Source of the DNA: Candidatus Dojkabacteria bacterium
Lineage (GTDB): Bacteria; Patescibacteriota; Dojkabacteria; J137
DNA: 64,000 nt
Assembly (NCBI GenBank): GCA_030950485.1
Contig: JAUZRK010000002.1
Location: 111-64,110 of the forward strand
Direction: 5' to 3'
Part shown: in pieces, positions 40,263 through 50,572 of the stretch
How positions within the stretch are numbered: position 1 is the stretch's first letter
Layout of the letters: each line of letters starts with the position of its first letter
Translations under genes and position numbers: made by a program
The notes under the pieces: generated by a model
What the model was told of the DNA's origin: nothing
Database searches by the model: none
The model's input: the letters and a program-made list of their open reading frames with translations, nothing else

Positions 40263-41732
40263 ATGAGTGTAAGAACTAGAGTGGCACCAAGCCCAACGGG
40301 ATATCCCCATATAGGGCTGATTAGAACTGGATTATATTGTTATGCATTATCTAAAAAGAACGGAGGACAATTTGTTTTACGTCTTGAAGATACAGATCGA
40401 AGCAGATTTGTTGAAGGTGCAACTGATGAAATTTATGAATCTTTTGAATTATACGGACTAGATATTGATGAAAGTACTAAACATGGAGGTGACTATGGTC
40501 CTTATATACAATCTGAAAGATTAGATATGTATAGCGAGTATGCACATTTACTTGTTGAAAAAGGAGCTGCTTACTATTGTTTTCTAACTCCAGAAGAAAC
40601 TAAGAACTTACAAGAACAATTTAGACTTGAAAATACTAGATTCAGATCTCCATATAGAGATATGTCTCTATCAGAGTCTAAACAGAAAGTTGTTTCTGGG
40701 GAAAGCTATGTAATCAGGTTAAAGGTTCCTTTAGATAGAGAGATAACTTATGAAGATGGTGTTCAAGGAAAAATGAAGCTTAATACTAATGAAACTAGCG
40801 ATGTAGTTTTAATGAAACAAGATGGCTTTCCTACATACCATATGGCGGTAGCTATTGATGATCATTTTATGAGAATTTCGCATGTATTCAGGGGATTTGA
40901 ATGGATTCCTAGTATTCCAGTTCAAATACTAACTTACGAAGCTTTAGAATGGGAAATGCCTAAGCACTATCATCTATCTGTAATTTTAAATCCAGATGGA
41001 AAAGGAAAATTATCAAAAAGAAAAGGAACAACTAATGCAGTTAAATTCATTGAAGATGGTTATTTACCAAATGCTATGTTGAATTTCTTAATGTTATTAG
41101 GTTGGTCTTCTCCACTAAAGGTAGAGCATGGGGAAAAAGAAAGAGAGATTTTTTCACTAGAAGAGTTTGTTGAACTTTTCGATCCGAATGATTTAAATAA
41201 AAGTAACCAAAGATTTGATATTAATAAACTGAATTGGTTTAACAAACAGTACATGAACTCGACTGAGATTGAAGAGTTTAAGTCAATCTTTATAACTTGG
41301 CTTGAAAAATTTAGATCTGATGATGAATTATATAATTCTGTTATTAATGATACAAAATTGGAAGAAAAACTAGAGATAGTGAAGGGAAGAGCATCTACTC
41401 TAGTAGAGGCACTTGATTCTATTAGATTCTTCTATACTCTATCTAAACCAATTGACTGGGATATTAAACAATTAAAAAAACTAAATAATAAAGTCTCAGT
41501 AGTTAAGGAAAACGTTATTGACCTAATTAAATCTATGAGTGATGATTCAAGTGAATGGACTCATGAGGCTTGGGAAGAAGGTATGAGAAAGATTGGAGAT
41601 GAATTAGGCGAGAAACATGGAGATGTGTTTATGGTTTTAAGAATTGGTGTAGTTGGCGAACCATTCTCTCCACCATTATTTGAGACTATTCAAATTCTTG
41701 GGAAGGATGAGGTATTAAAGCGATTAAAATAA
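40263..41732 (+). CDS. gltX: Glutamate--tRNA ligase
   Basis: HIGH motif PSPTGYPHIG and KMSKS motif KLSKRKG; class I catalytic core. A GGGCAAATA-AT-TATTTGCCC hairpin follows at 41740-41762. Confidence 0.9.
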   Translation: MSVRTRVAPSPTGYPHIGLIRTGLYCYALSKKNGGQFVLRLEDTDRSRFVEGATDEIYESFELYGLDIDESTKHGGDYGPYIQSERLDMYSEYAHLLVEKGAAYYCFLTPEETKNLQEQFRLENTRFRSPYRDMSLSESKQKVVSGESYVIRLKVPLDREITYEDGVQGKMKLNTNETSDVVLMKQDGFPTYHMAVAIDDHFMRISHVFRGFEWIPSIPVQILTYEALEWEMPKHYHLSVILNPDGKGKLSKRKGTTNAVKFIEDGYLPNAMLNFLMLLGWSSPLKVEHGEKEREIFSLEEFVELFDPNDLNKSNQRFDINKLNWFNKQYMNSTEIEEFKSIFITWLEKFRSDDELYNSVINDTKLEEKLEIVKGRASTLVEALDSIRFFYTLSKPIDWDIKQLKKLNNKVSVVKENVIDLIKSMSDDSSEWTHEAWEEGMRKIGDELGEKHGDVFMVLRIGVVGEPFSPPLFETIQILGKDEVLKRLK

Positions 41733-41855
41733 ATTTCTAGGGCAAATAATTATTTGCCCCTACAGAATATAAAAATATAATTCTTACCCCTCCTAGATCT
41801 TCATAATTGAATTCACAATTTCCATGAATTGATCCTACAAATATTCTGTTCTTGT

Positions 41856-43534
41856 TTACGTTCTTTTCTTTCGCAAACCAATCAATTGTTTCAGGGGAAA
41901 ATTTTTATCAATGTATTCGAAATTGATATTAAAATGAGGAAATACCCCAGCGTTTTGTATTTTTGGAATATATTCTTTAATCTTATCTGAGTCTTCTCCA
42001 CTCTTTCCTTTACACGTAACTATAGTTATATTCCACCCATTCTCATTTCTATTTATGTAATTCAAAATTGGATATATTCTATTTACATGATGGATAAATA
42101 CAAAAAACTCTGACTGAGTTGAATGGTTATACATCAATTCTAATTCTTTCCTAACTGGCTCGTATCCACTGAATACCTTGATCAATGATCTTAAAATATC
42201 TTTTTTATACACAATTGCATAAACAAAGAAAATCGAAGGTAAAAAGTATATTAAGAAATAGTAAATATTATTTACGTCGATAATAATGTTTCCAATCAAT
42301 CCGACAAATGTAGCAGTAAACGCTAATATTACATAAAGAATTGGTGCTGAGAACGGTCTTTTAAGTTCAGTTCTAGTTTGTCTTAAAATTAGATTTCCTA
42401 AAGCAAACAAGGTCATAACTCCTAAAAAACTAATTGTATAAACTCCTGCTAATGATAGAAGTTTACCTCCTGTTATAAGTAAAATTGATGTACTTAATAA
42501 GAAGAAACTGATTATAATTCTTGGATGAGAACCTTTTTTATTTTCTTTTAATAAGAAATTAGGAAGGCATTCATCTAAAGCCATTCTATTTACTAAACCT
42601 GTAAGACCTACATAACTTGTTAATACAGCTCCACAAAGTACTAGAAAGGCATCAATTGCTATTAATCCTAATAAACTACCACCACCTATTTCGAATGCAG
42701 CATCTGCTAAAAGAAAATCTTTTGCTGCTACTATTTGATCAAATGGAAGTATGTTTAGAACTAAGAATGCTATTAGCGGGTTAAATATCAACACCCCAAT
42801 TAGCATGTTTCTTAAAGTTTTTTTAAATACTCCTTTTTCCTGTTCTTCTACAAAATTTGAAGAACTTTTAAATCCAGAAACTCCTAAAAGTGAGGCTGAG
42901 AAAGCTAAGAATAAAGTCTTTGCAATCCCTCCGTTCTCAATTATAAGATTACTTGTCACGTCGCTATTATGAGAAAAAAATGAAGCATCATGATTCATTA
43001 TCAAATAAACAATACTGAAAATTATAAATCCTGCTAAAGTTAGTATGTGAGCTACGAATATAGATGAGGCTACTTTTGCCGAGTCTTTGACTCCTGAAAT
43101 AACTAGGATTGCGAATAGAAACAGAATCAGAATTGCTGCTGGTATTACGAAATCACTGAAGCTGAAACTGACGCTTTCACCAAGTGCATGTTCTAGAAAA
43201 CTGAATAAGTACTCTACTGCAATAGTTGCTGAGATTACAGCTGTTGCTACATAGGATAAAATAGTCATTACTCCAGCTGTTGCTGCTAAAGTTTTTGATG
43301 TACCATTTAAAAGAGCGTTATAAGCACCTCCGTTAATTGGTAGGGCCTCTCCTCTCTATAAACAGATTTATAGAAAAATAATACAAGCACTACAGCAAGC
43401 AAAACTAAAGGAGCATAAACTCCAGCGAATAAAGCTGCTATTCCTGAAACATAAAGTACTGAACTTAAAATATCATTTCCTGATATTGATGTTGAATAAA
43501 ATCCGCCTAATTTTTTATGAGGCTTTGATGACAT
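41856..43534 (-). pseudogene. APC-family amino acid permease disrupted by a frameshift near nt 43300-43345
   Basis: The N-terminal 75-aa ORF (43307-43534) ends ...SVYREERPYQLTEVLITLF*. The APC signature GEALPINGGAYNALLNG continues in another frame directly upstream of ORF 41856-43268. The junction lies in an AGAGAGGAGAGG tract. Confidence 0.55.
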
Positions 43535-43768
43535 ACAGTAAATTTAAATATACGATAAGTTGCCTAAAACTAGCGATTATATCACTAACTTAGCTGTGTT
43601 TGAAGCGGAGAATAAGTGTTTGTAGAATTAATTATAGTATCTAATTAATACATAATGGTTTTATATCCTAGGGCTTAAAAATATAACCTATATTTTTGGA
43701 TTATTTATAATATCATTAATAGAATTTTTCTCAACTATCTGAGTTATTTTTTTGAATTCAAATGCTTA

Positions 43769-44326
43769 TTAAATTCCACAGCTCTCTACTCTACTTGCAA
43801 TTTCTTCTATAAACTCAACTGGTACAGATTGCTCTGTAATAGAATCTAAATCTTCTAATTCACCTATTACTATAATAATTGAATCATTATTAGAAGGCTT
43901 TAAATCTAGAATATTTTCAACTGGTTGATTATTAACAAAGGCTGCAGTAATTTCTGATGGGGTAATGTGATATTCTAAACTTTCAAATAAATTACTCCAG
44001 CTGACGTCTTCAGAATGAACATGAGTAACTATTCCAACATTATCATGTAAATGTACTTTCTCCTTTATAGTTGTTGGTTTATAACCAGGTGTATTACAAG
44101 TAGCTATTTGCATATAATCTTCCCCACTAAAGTCTACTAGCTCTCCATCCTTATAAACTAGGAATCCTGCGTGTAAATGAAAACCTTCATCGGAATCAGA
44201 ATGATCAGATTCATTATTATTCGAATTGTTGTTAAAGTAGGAAAATGCACTGACGCTAATAACTCCGATTAATAGTACAATAGATGCTATTGATAAGATC
44301 TTTTTATTTAATTTTTCTTTTAACAT
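43769..44326 (-). CDS. Secreted or membrane-anchored hypothetical protein
   Basis: 185 aa; N-terminal TM (ILSIASIVLLIGVISVSAF); H-rich region (HLHDNVGIVTHVH). Confidence 0.5.
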   Translation of the reverse strand: MLKEKLNKKILSIASIVLLIGVISVSAFSYFNNNSNNNESDHSDSDEGFHLHAGFLVYKDGELVDFSGEDYMQIATCNTPGYKPTTIKEKVHLHDNVGIVTHVHSEDVSWSNLFESLEYHITPSEITAAFVNNQPVENILDLKPSNNDSIIIVIGELEDLDSITEQSVPVEFIEEIASRVESCGI

Positions 44327-44426
44327 AAAATTTAATTCGATTACTTATATCTTACTAGTATATCAGAGATAATTTTCTTATATTTATTAAAAATAAATGA
44401 TAAACTAAAAAAGTTTTCAAACTCAT

Positions 44427-44744
44427 ATGATAGGTATTGATATTCAGGATCTTGAAGAATTTAAGAACAGTTTTAGCAATGAAATTCAGATAAACAAAAT
44501 TTTGACAGCTAGAGAACTCTCTATTCATAAGACTTCTGAAAGTAGATGCGGTGTGTTTAGTGTAAAAGAATGCCTTGTAAAAATTGGAATAATAATTCCA
44601 GGTGAGTGGCTAAAAGTAGAAGTTTTAAAAGATGAAAATGGTAAGCCATTTATCACATCAAATTTAATTAAAAATATAAGCAATATTGAATTTAGTATTT
44701 CCCATTCAAAGGAAACCTGTGTTGCTGTTGCAATAAAATTATGA
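44427..44744 (+). CDS. acpS: Holo-[acyl-carrier-protein] synthase (4'-phosphopantetheinyl transferase)
   Basis: MIGIDIQDLEEF...FSVKECLVKIG...FSISHSKETCVAVAI; typical AcpS length and motifs. Overlaps the next gene by 4 nt. Confidence 0.8.
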   Translation: MIGIDIQDLEEFKNSFSNEIQINKILTARELSIHKTSESRCGVFSVKECLVKIGIIIPGEWLKVEVLKDENGKPFITSNLIKNISNIEFSISHSKETCVAVAIKL

Positions 44745-47290
44745 GTAACTTTATAGAATTTATAGATAAAATAGCTTCTGAGAATAACGATAAGTTAGCT
44801 ATGCAGATTAGAAGGCAAGTTGTAATGGAGAAGACAACTTACTCAGACATTAAATCTAATGTTTATAAATTACTAAGTTTCTATAATAAAAATAACATAG
44901 AATTCGGAGATAAAATTTTAATCTGGGGACTAAACTGTCCTGAATACTCTACTTTATTATTGTCTTGTTTTACTTTCGGAAGAGTTTCAGTTCCGGTCGA
45001 CTTTAAAACTACAGTAGAAACAGTAGAAAAAATTATAGATCAAGTGCAACCAAAAATTGCGTTTGTATCTAAATATCTTAATGCTGACTTTATCTATAAC
45101 AGAGTTGAGAAAGTTTACTTTATAGAAGATATATTAGATCTGATTGCAGATTTTGATGAATCAAATGAAATAAAAGATGAATATAAAGATGAAGACAATC
45201 TTATACAAATAGTATTTACTTCAGGTTCAACGGGTACTCCAAAGGGAGTTATGATGTCGCAAAAAAATATACTGAGTAATCTAGATATGATAGATAACTC
45301 AATTCCTAAATTGAAAGAATATAAAACTATTTCAATCCTTCCTCTTAGTCATGTTTATGAGCAGATAGTAGGAATGCTGATGATTTTAAAGAAAGGTGCT
45401 GAAGTTTTATATTTACCTCAAATTAATAGTTTTAGATTGCTAGAAGCAATTGGGGAATATAATCCAACACATTTATTATTTGTCCCCCAGCTGTATTCTG
45501 TTTTTCTAGATAAAATATTTCTAAAAGCAAAAACGGAAGGTACTTATTCTAAATTAGAAAAAGGGTTAAAGTTTGCACCTTATTTACCAAGATTTGTAAG
45601 GAAATTAATATTCAAGAAGATACATAAGAGATTCGGTTCAAATTTCAAATTTTTTGGATCAGCCGGAGCACCACTTAACTATAGGGTAGCGAATATTTGG
45701 GAAAATTTTGGTTTCAAGATATTAGAAGGTTACGGAGCAACTGAAATTGTGGCTGCTGCTACTTTCAATAATTTCGAAGACAAAAGACTAGGATCAGTTG
45801 GAAAACCTTTAAAAGGTGTGGAAATTAAATTTGAAGATAAAGAGATACTCGTTAAATCTCCTAGTGTTACTCTTGGCTATTATAAAAATAAGGAAAAAAC
45901 AGATGAGGTCTTTAAAGATGGATGGTATAAGACTGGAGATATTGGTCATTTAGACAAAGATGGTTATTTATATATAGAAGGAAGAGACGCTTTTAAGATA
46001 GTTTTAGGAAATGGTGAAAATATATATGTAGAGGATATTGAGCAAAAAATAAATAAAAGTAATTTGATATTTGACTCTTTTGTTTATGATTATAAAGAGA
46101 ATGATGAAGTAAGAATTGGTTCTTTTATTATTCAAACAGATAGAACCAAAACTTTAAATCTTGAAAAGTTACTCAATGAAATAAACTCTGAACTTGAATC
46201 AAAACAACAAATATCTAAAATCGAAACCTGGCCAGGGGAAGATTTCCCAAGAACTCATACCCTGAGAATTAATAGAAGAGCAATTCTTAAAGCCTTGGAT
46301 ACTGGTGATTCAGTGAGTAAGTTGGAAAGTGGATATGGAGGAGCTAGTAAAGTTTCTAGCCTACTAGATGTAATATCGGCGGCTGCAAAGATGGATCCTA
46401 AGAACATTAATAAAAATGATACATTATTTAAAACTTTAAGATTAGATTCACTAAAGAGAATTGAATTACTAGCTTCAATTGAAGAATATATGGGAGTTAG
46501 AATTGAGGAGGCTAAGGTTTTACCTGAGACTACTGTTCATGAACTAGAAAAAATGGTAAAGGATGGAGATAAGCAAAAAGAACTGGTTTTGGCTAACTGG
46601 CAGTTTAAATTTTTTGGTAGAGTTTTTGGATGGTTCTTTAATAGGTTATTACTCTTTCCACTACATAGATACGCAGGTATAAAAATTGATAATAAAAATA
46701 GTAATATTAATAATATAAAATTAAGCGGAGGCAGAATAATTTTAATAAATCATCCAGGACTTTTAGATCTGGTTGCAATTATGAGGTATCTAAACAGAAG
46801 AGGTGTTAAGAAAATTGCTACATTGATTTATCCTCCAAATCTGTACCCGAAGAAGTTTAGAGCAAGACTTTTTGAAGGCTCTTTAGGTGCATTACCACTC
46901 TTCAGAGATGGTACAGGGACTAATAAAGTTTTACAGATATGCTCTGACCTTTTAGATAATGGATATTATTTGGTAATTGCTCCACAGGGAAAGATGAAAA
47001 CAGTTGGTGGAAATTCAGAACATCCATTTATGCCAGGAGCTGCATATATGTTAAAACTACTTGGAAAGCCTGTAAATATAGTAACTGTTAACGGGTATCA
47101 TGAACTATGGCCAGTACCTGTAGATAAACATTGGGAAGAAGCAAGAATTAGAGAATTAGGTCCTATGAAAAAAGGGAGTGTAACGATCCAAATATCTGAA
47201 GAACTTACTGAGCACATGGACGAGAAAGTCGATTTGGAAAAGATTAATAAAAACTATCAAGAAATAATGTATAACCAAGAAAAAATATGA
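44741..47290 (+). CDS. Tri-domain fusion: acyl-AMP/CoA ligase + acyl carrier (PP-binding) domain + lysophospholipid acyltransferase (PlsC-like)
   Basis: AMP-binding motifs IVFTSGSTGTPKGVM, GYGATE, YKTGDIG. Carrier motif LRLDSLKRIELLASIEEYMG. Acyltransferase HX4D motif INHPGLLD. Confidence 0.8.
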   Translation: MSNFIEFIDKIASENNDKLAMQIRRQVVMEKTTYSDIKSNVYKLLSFYNKNNIEFGDKILIWGLNCPEYSTLLLSCFTFGRVSVPVDFKTTVETVEKIIDQVQPKIAFVSKYLNADFIYNRVEKVYFIEDILDLIADFDESNEIKDEYKDEDNLIQIVFTSGSTGTPKGVMMSQKNILSNLDMIDNSIPKLKEYKTISILPLSHVYEQIVGMLMILKKGAEVLYLPQINSFRLLEAIGEYNPTHLLFVPQLYSVFLDKIFLKAKTEGTYSKLEKGLKFAPYLPRFVRKLIFKKIHKRFGSNFKFFGSAGAPLNYRVANIWENFGFKILEGYGATEIVAAATFNNFEDKRLGSVGKPLKGVEIKFEDKEILVKSPSVTLGYYKNKEKTDEVFKDGWYKTGDIGHLDKDGYLYIEGRDAFKIVLGNGENIYVEDIEQKINKSNLIFDSFVYDYKENDEVRIGSFIIQTDRTKTLNLEKLLNEINSELESKQQISKIETWPGEDFPRTHTLRINRRAILKALDTGDSVSKLESGYGGASKVSSLLDVISAAAKMDPKNINKNDTLFKTLRLDSLKRIELLASIEEYMGVRIEEAKVLPETTVHELEKMVKDGDKQKELVLANWQFKFFGRVFGWFFNRLLLFPLHRYAGIKIDNKNSNINNIKLSGGRIILINHPGLLDLVAIMRYLNRRGVKKIATLIYPPNLYPKKFRARLFEGSLGALPLFRDGTGTNKVLQICSDLLDNGYYLVIAPQGKMKTVGGNSEHPFMPGAAYMLKLLGKPVNIVTVNGYHELWPVPVDKHWEEARIRELGPMKKGSVTIQISEELTEHMDEKVDLEKINKNYQEIMYNQEKI

Positions 47291-48096
47291 CCGTAAATGA
47301 GTTTAAAAAAATAATTCAAAATAAAAAAGATTCTAATCAGATTCCTACTATAGCTCATAGAGGAAATTCAGGAGAATTTAATGATAATAGTTTAGAAGGT
47401 TTAATATCAGCTTCTAAATCAAACGCAGATGGTGTTGAATTTGATGTTAGAAAAACTAAAGATAATTACTTAATTGTATTTCATAATAATGCAGTTGAAA
47501 TTAATGGTAAAACTGAATGGGTTAGAAATATAGAATAAAAAGATTTTCGGAGTATATATAGTAAGAATGATGCTCCTGAGTTTATAAAAGTTTTAGAAGC
47601 TTTAAAGTCCTCAGATAAAATATTAGATATAGAGATAAAAGATAGCGGTATTATTAAAAAAGTTTGGGAGTTACTTAAAGAAAACGACCTTATAAAAAGC
47701 TCTGTGTTTTCTACTGTTTACGATGAAATATATAACGAGATTAAGTCTGTAGATGAAGAGGTCGCTGTGATGTATGGTTATCTAAGAGACCGATGTAAAG
47801 ATCTCGCGCATAAAAAATGGACTCAACCATTTGTTAAGCTTATACTGAAATTGATGAGAAAAAGAATCTCTAAAACTATAAACGGATTTTATAAAAATGA
47901 GAAATATCCATTTATAACTTTGTATCATAAAGTTATAACTAAAGAAGCTGTAAAGACTGTTCATGAGAATGGCGGTTTAATAGGAGGAGTAACAATAAAT
48001 ATAATGGAAGATGACTTTGAAAGTAAAGTAAGTAAAGAAATTACTAGATTTATAGAAGAAGGTGTAGATTTTATTAAGACTGATTTTTTAAAGTAA
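47287..48096 (+). pseudogene. Glycerophosphodiester phosphodiesterase (GDPD) gene with one in-frame TAA (47536-47538)
   Basis: N-terminal ORF carries IAHRGNSGEF..NSLEGL..ADGVEFDVRKTKDNYLIVFHNN. The same frame continues after the TAA, through a GTG-start ORF at 47704, to 48096. Overlaps the upstream gene by 4 nt (ATGA). Confidence 0.6.
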
Positions 48097-48097
48097 T

Positions 48098-48856
48098 ATG
48101 AAAGGATTTGTACTCCCACCATTAATGACTTCAAAACAGATGATGGTTGGTGGTACAGATGCTTTTAATGAATTATTTGGAAATGAGTATGAATTTATTC
48201 CTTTAAACTATGAAGTTGATAATAGTGATTTTAGACCGAGTCAAATTATTAATAAATTTGCAGCTGATGTGCAAGCTAAAATTGAGAATGAACTAGAGGA
48301 TGACGAGGATTACTTTATTGTACCTATAAGTATGGGGTATTCAGTATTAAATTTACTTCGTGATTTAAAGAGAGATCCCAAATTTATAATGGCAATATCT
48401 CCATTTTTAGGTAAAGAATCAATAAATGTACCAAAGGAGAGGCTTAATAAAATAACTGGGGCTCTTAAACTAATAACTAGTTTGAAAATGGAGAAGGCAT
48501 TTTGGAGACCATCTGTAGTTAAACATTTTTCTGGAGATAGAGAAGATTATTTACAGCATGTTATAGATATTTTTCATCCTAGTATTGCAATTTCATCATT
48601 TTTTAATTGTATAAGTATTAAAAATGAAGAATTTACAAGAAAAGAAATTCCACATCTTGTTATTATGAATAAAGAAGATAATATTATTAATTATAATTTT
48701 GTCGAACGTTGGATTAAAGAGAATGTTGAAGATCATCATATTATAAATACTAATATGCCTCATTCTCCAAAGAAATTAGAAAAAGAATACTTTTATGAAG
48801 GATTCTCTACAATTTCTGACGATATTTACGAATGGTTTAAAAAACAAAATGATTAA
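48098..48856 (+). CDS. Hypothetical protein
   Basis: 252-aa ORF in the operon with GDPD and the ABC transporter; no recognisable motif. Confidence 0.5.
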   Translation: MKGFVLPPLMTSKQMMVGGTDAFNELFGNEYEFIPLNYEVDNSDFRPSQIINKFAADVQAKIENELEDDEDYFIVPISMGYSVLNLLRDLKRDPKFIMAISPFLGKESINVPKERLNKITGALKLITSLKMEKAFWRPSVVKHFSGDREDYLQHVIDIFHPSIAISSFFNCISIKNEEFTRKEIPHLVIMNKEDNIINYNFVERWIKENVEDHHIINTNMPHSPKKLEKEYFYEGFSTISDDIYEWFKKQND

Positions 48857-49772
48857 AGTTTCAAACATATCAAAAAAATTTAATGAAGTAGTAGCACTTG
48901 ATAATGTATCTCTAGAGGTTAATAAAGGTCAGATTTTAGGACTTTTAGGACCAAACGGCGCTGGTAAGACAACTTTAGTGAATATTCTAACTACTTTAAT
49001 GAGACCTGATTCCGGAAGCGCATTCGTAAAAGATTTTGATGTAGTTAATGAGTCATCAAAGGTTAGATCTATAATTGGACTTGCAGGTCAGTTCGCAGCT
49101 ATTGATGATAATCTTACGGGGTATGAAAACTTATACATGATAGCAAGGCTTTATCATCTTGATTCAAAAGAATCAAAACTTAGAACTAATGAATTATTAA
49201 AGAAACTAGACTTAGATTATGCTAAAGACAGAGTTGCTAAAAATTATTCTGGAGGTATGAGAAGAAGATTAGATTTAGCTGCAAGTTTAATAGGTAATCC
49301 TGAAATTTTATTCATGGATGAGCCTACTACTGGCCTTGATCCAAAAAGTAGGTCAGAACTATGGGGAATTATCAAAGATTTAGTTGATGACGGTACTACT
49401 CTGCTTTTAACAACACAATACTTAGAAGAAGCTGACTTTTTAGCAAATAATATTGTAGTTATAAATAATGGTTCAATAGTGGCACAGGGAAGCCCCGATG
49501 CTTTGAAGAAGACAATAGGAGAAGAGGTACTAGAAGTAGTATTTGCATCTAAAGAAGGAGTAAAGGCTGCTGAGAAGGTAATTTTAGATATGAATAATAC
49601 TAAAGCAAATATTGATTTAGATCTTATGAAAATTGAGGTCCCAGTAAATGGTGACCCAAGATATTTAATAAAGGTATTAAAGGCTATAGACAATATTGAT
49701 CTAGAAATAAAAGATATAACAGTGAGAAGGCCAAGTCTAGACGATGTATTCTTAAGATTAACGAATAATTAG
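48849..49772 (+). CDS. ABC transporter ATP-binding protein (DrrA-like)
   Basis: Walker A GLLGPNGAGKTT, signature LSGGMRRRLDLA, Walker B ILFMDEPTTGLD. Start placed at ATG 48849 (MIKVSNISKKF), overlapping the upstream stop, rather than the track's 48795. Confidence 0.85.
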   Translation: MIKVSNISKKFNEVVALDNVSLEVNKGQILGLLGPNGAGKTTLVNILTTLMRPDSGSAFVKDFDVVNESSKVRSIIGLAGQFAAIDDNLTGYENLYMIARLYHLDSKESKLRTNELLKKLDLDYAKDRVAKNYSGGMRRRLDLAASLIGNPEILFMDEPTTGLDPKSRSELWGIIKDLVDDGTTLLLTTQYLEEADFLANNIVVINNGSIVAQGSPDALKKTIGEEVLEVVFASKEGVKAAEKVILDMNNTKANIDLDLMKIEVPVNGDPRYLIKVLKAIDNIDLEIKDITVRRPSLDDVFLRLTNN

Positions 49773-49784
49773 AAAGTTCTTATA

Positions 49785-50564
49785 ATGAAACAGGGTATAT
49801 TAAATAAAATCTACTGGCAATTTAGTGATATTAAAATTATTACTTGGAGAAATCTTTTAAAGTATAAGAGAGTTCCTCAATTACTTGTATTCTCTACAAT
49901 TCAACCAATAATCTTTGTAATGCTTTTTACATATGTATTTGGAGGTGAGATTAATATTCCTGGATTAGACTATATTGATTACCTATTACCTGGAATAATG
50001 GTTCAGACAGTATTTTTTGGAGCTACTCAAACAGGAATAAGTTTAGCTGAAGATTTATCAAAAGGTCTTATTAGTAGATTTAAGACTTTACCAATGTCTA
50101 GGGCTGCAGTCCTAACAGGTAGAACTATTTCCGATATCATTAGAAATACTTTTGTTGTACTTTTAGTAATTGGTGTTGGTGTCTTAAATGGGTTTTCTCC
50201 TACAACTAATCCTGTGTATTTCTTATCAGCAATAGGACTGATTACTTCAATTGGATACGCTTTTACTTGGATATTTGCAACTTTAGGTATGCTTGTCAAA
50301 GATCAAGAAACAGCTCAGGTTGCAGGTTTTGTAATAGTTTTTCCAATGGTTTTTGCAAGTTCTGCTTTTGCAAGAGTTGAGAGTATGCCAGCTCCGTTAA
50401 GAAACTTTGCAGAAATAAGTCCTGCTACTACAACTATTGATGCAATGAGGAAAATGTTAATATATGAGCAATTTACTGATAATATAACAAAGACTTTAAT
50501 TTGGGTCCTAGTACTATTATCAATTTTTATTCCTCTATCAGTATATAGATATACTAAGAGCTAA
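49785..50564 (+). CDS. ABC-2 type transporter permease
   Basis: Six predicted TM helices; ABC-2 family pattern downstream of the ATPase. Confidence 0.75.
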   Translation: MKQGILNKIYWQFSDIKIITWRNLLKYKRVPQLLVFSTIQPIIFVMLFTYVFGGEINIPGLDYIDYLLPGIMVQTVFFGATQTGISLAEDLSKGLISRFKTLPMSRAAVLTGRTISDIIRNTFVVLLVIGVGVLNGFSPTTNPVYFLSAIGLITSIGYAFTWIFATLGMLVKDQETAQVAGFVIVFPMVFASSAFARVESMPAPLRNFAEISPATTTIDAMRKMLIYEQFTDNITKTLIWVLVLLSIFIPLSVYRYTKS

Positions 50565-50572
50565 GAAGTTAA

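Noticed and set aside
41740-41762. Rho-independent terminator after gltX
   Set aside because: The GGGCAAATA-AT-TATTTGCCC stem-loop is near-perfect (GC-rich at its base) but has no T-run, so it is noted as a hairpin only (mentioned under gltX) and not called a terminator.
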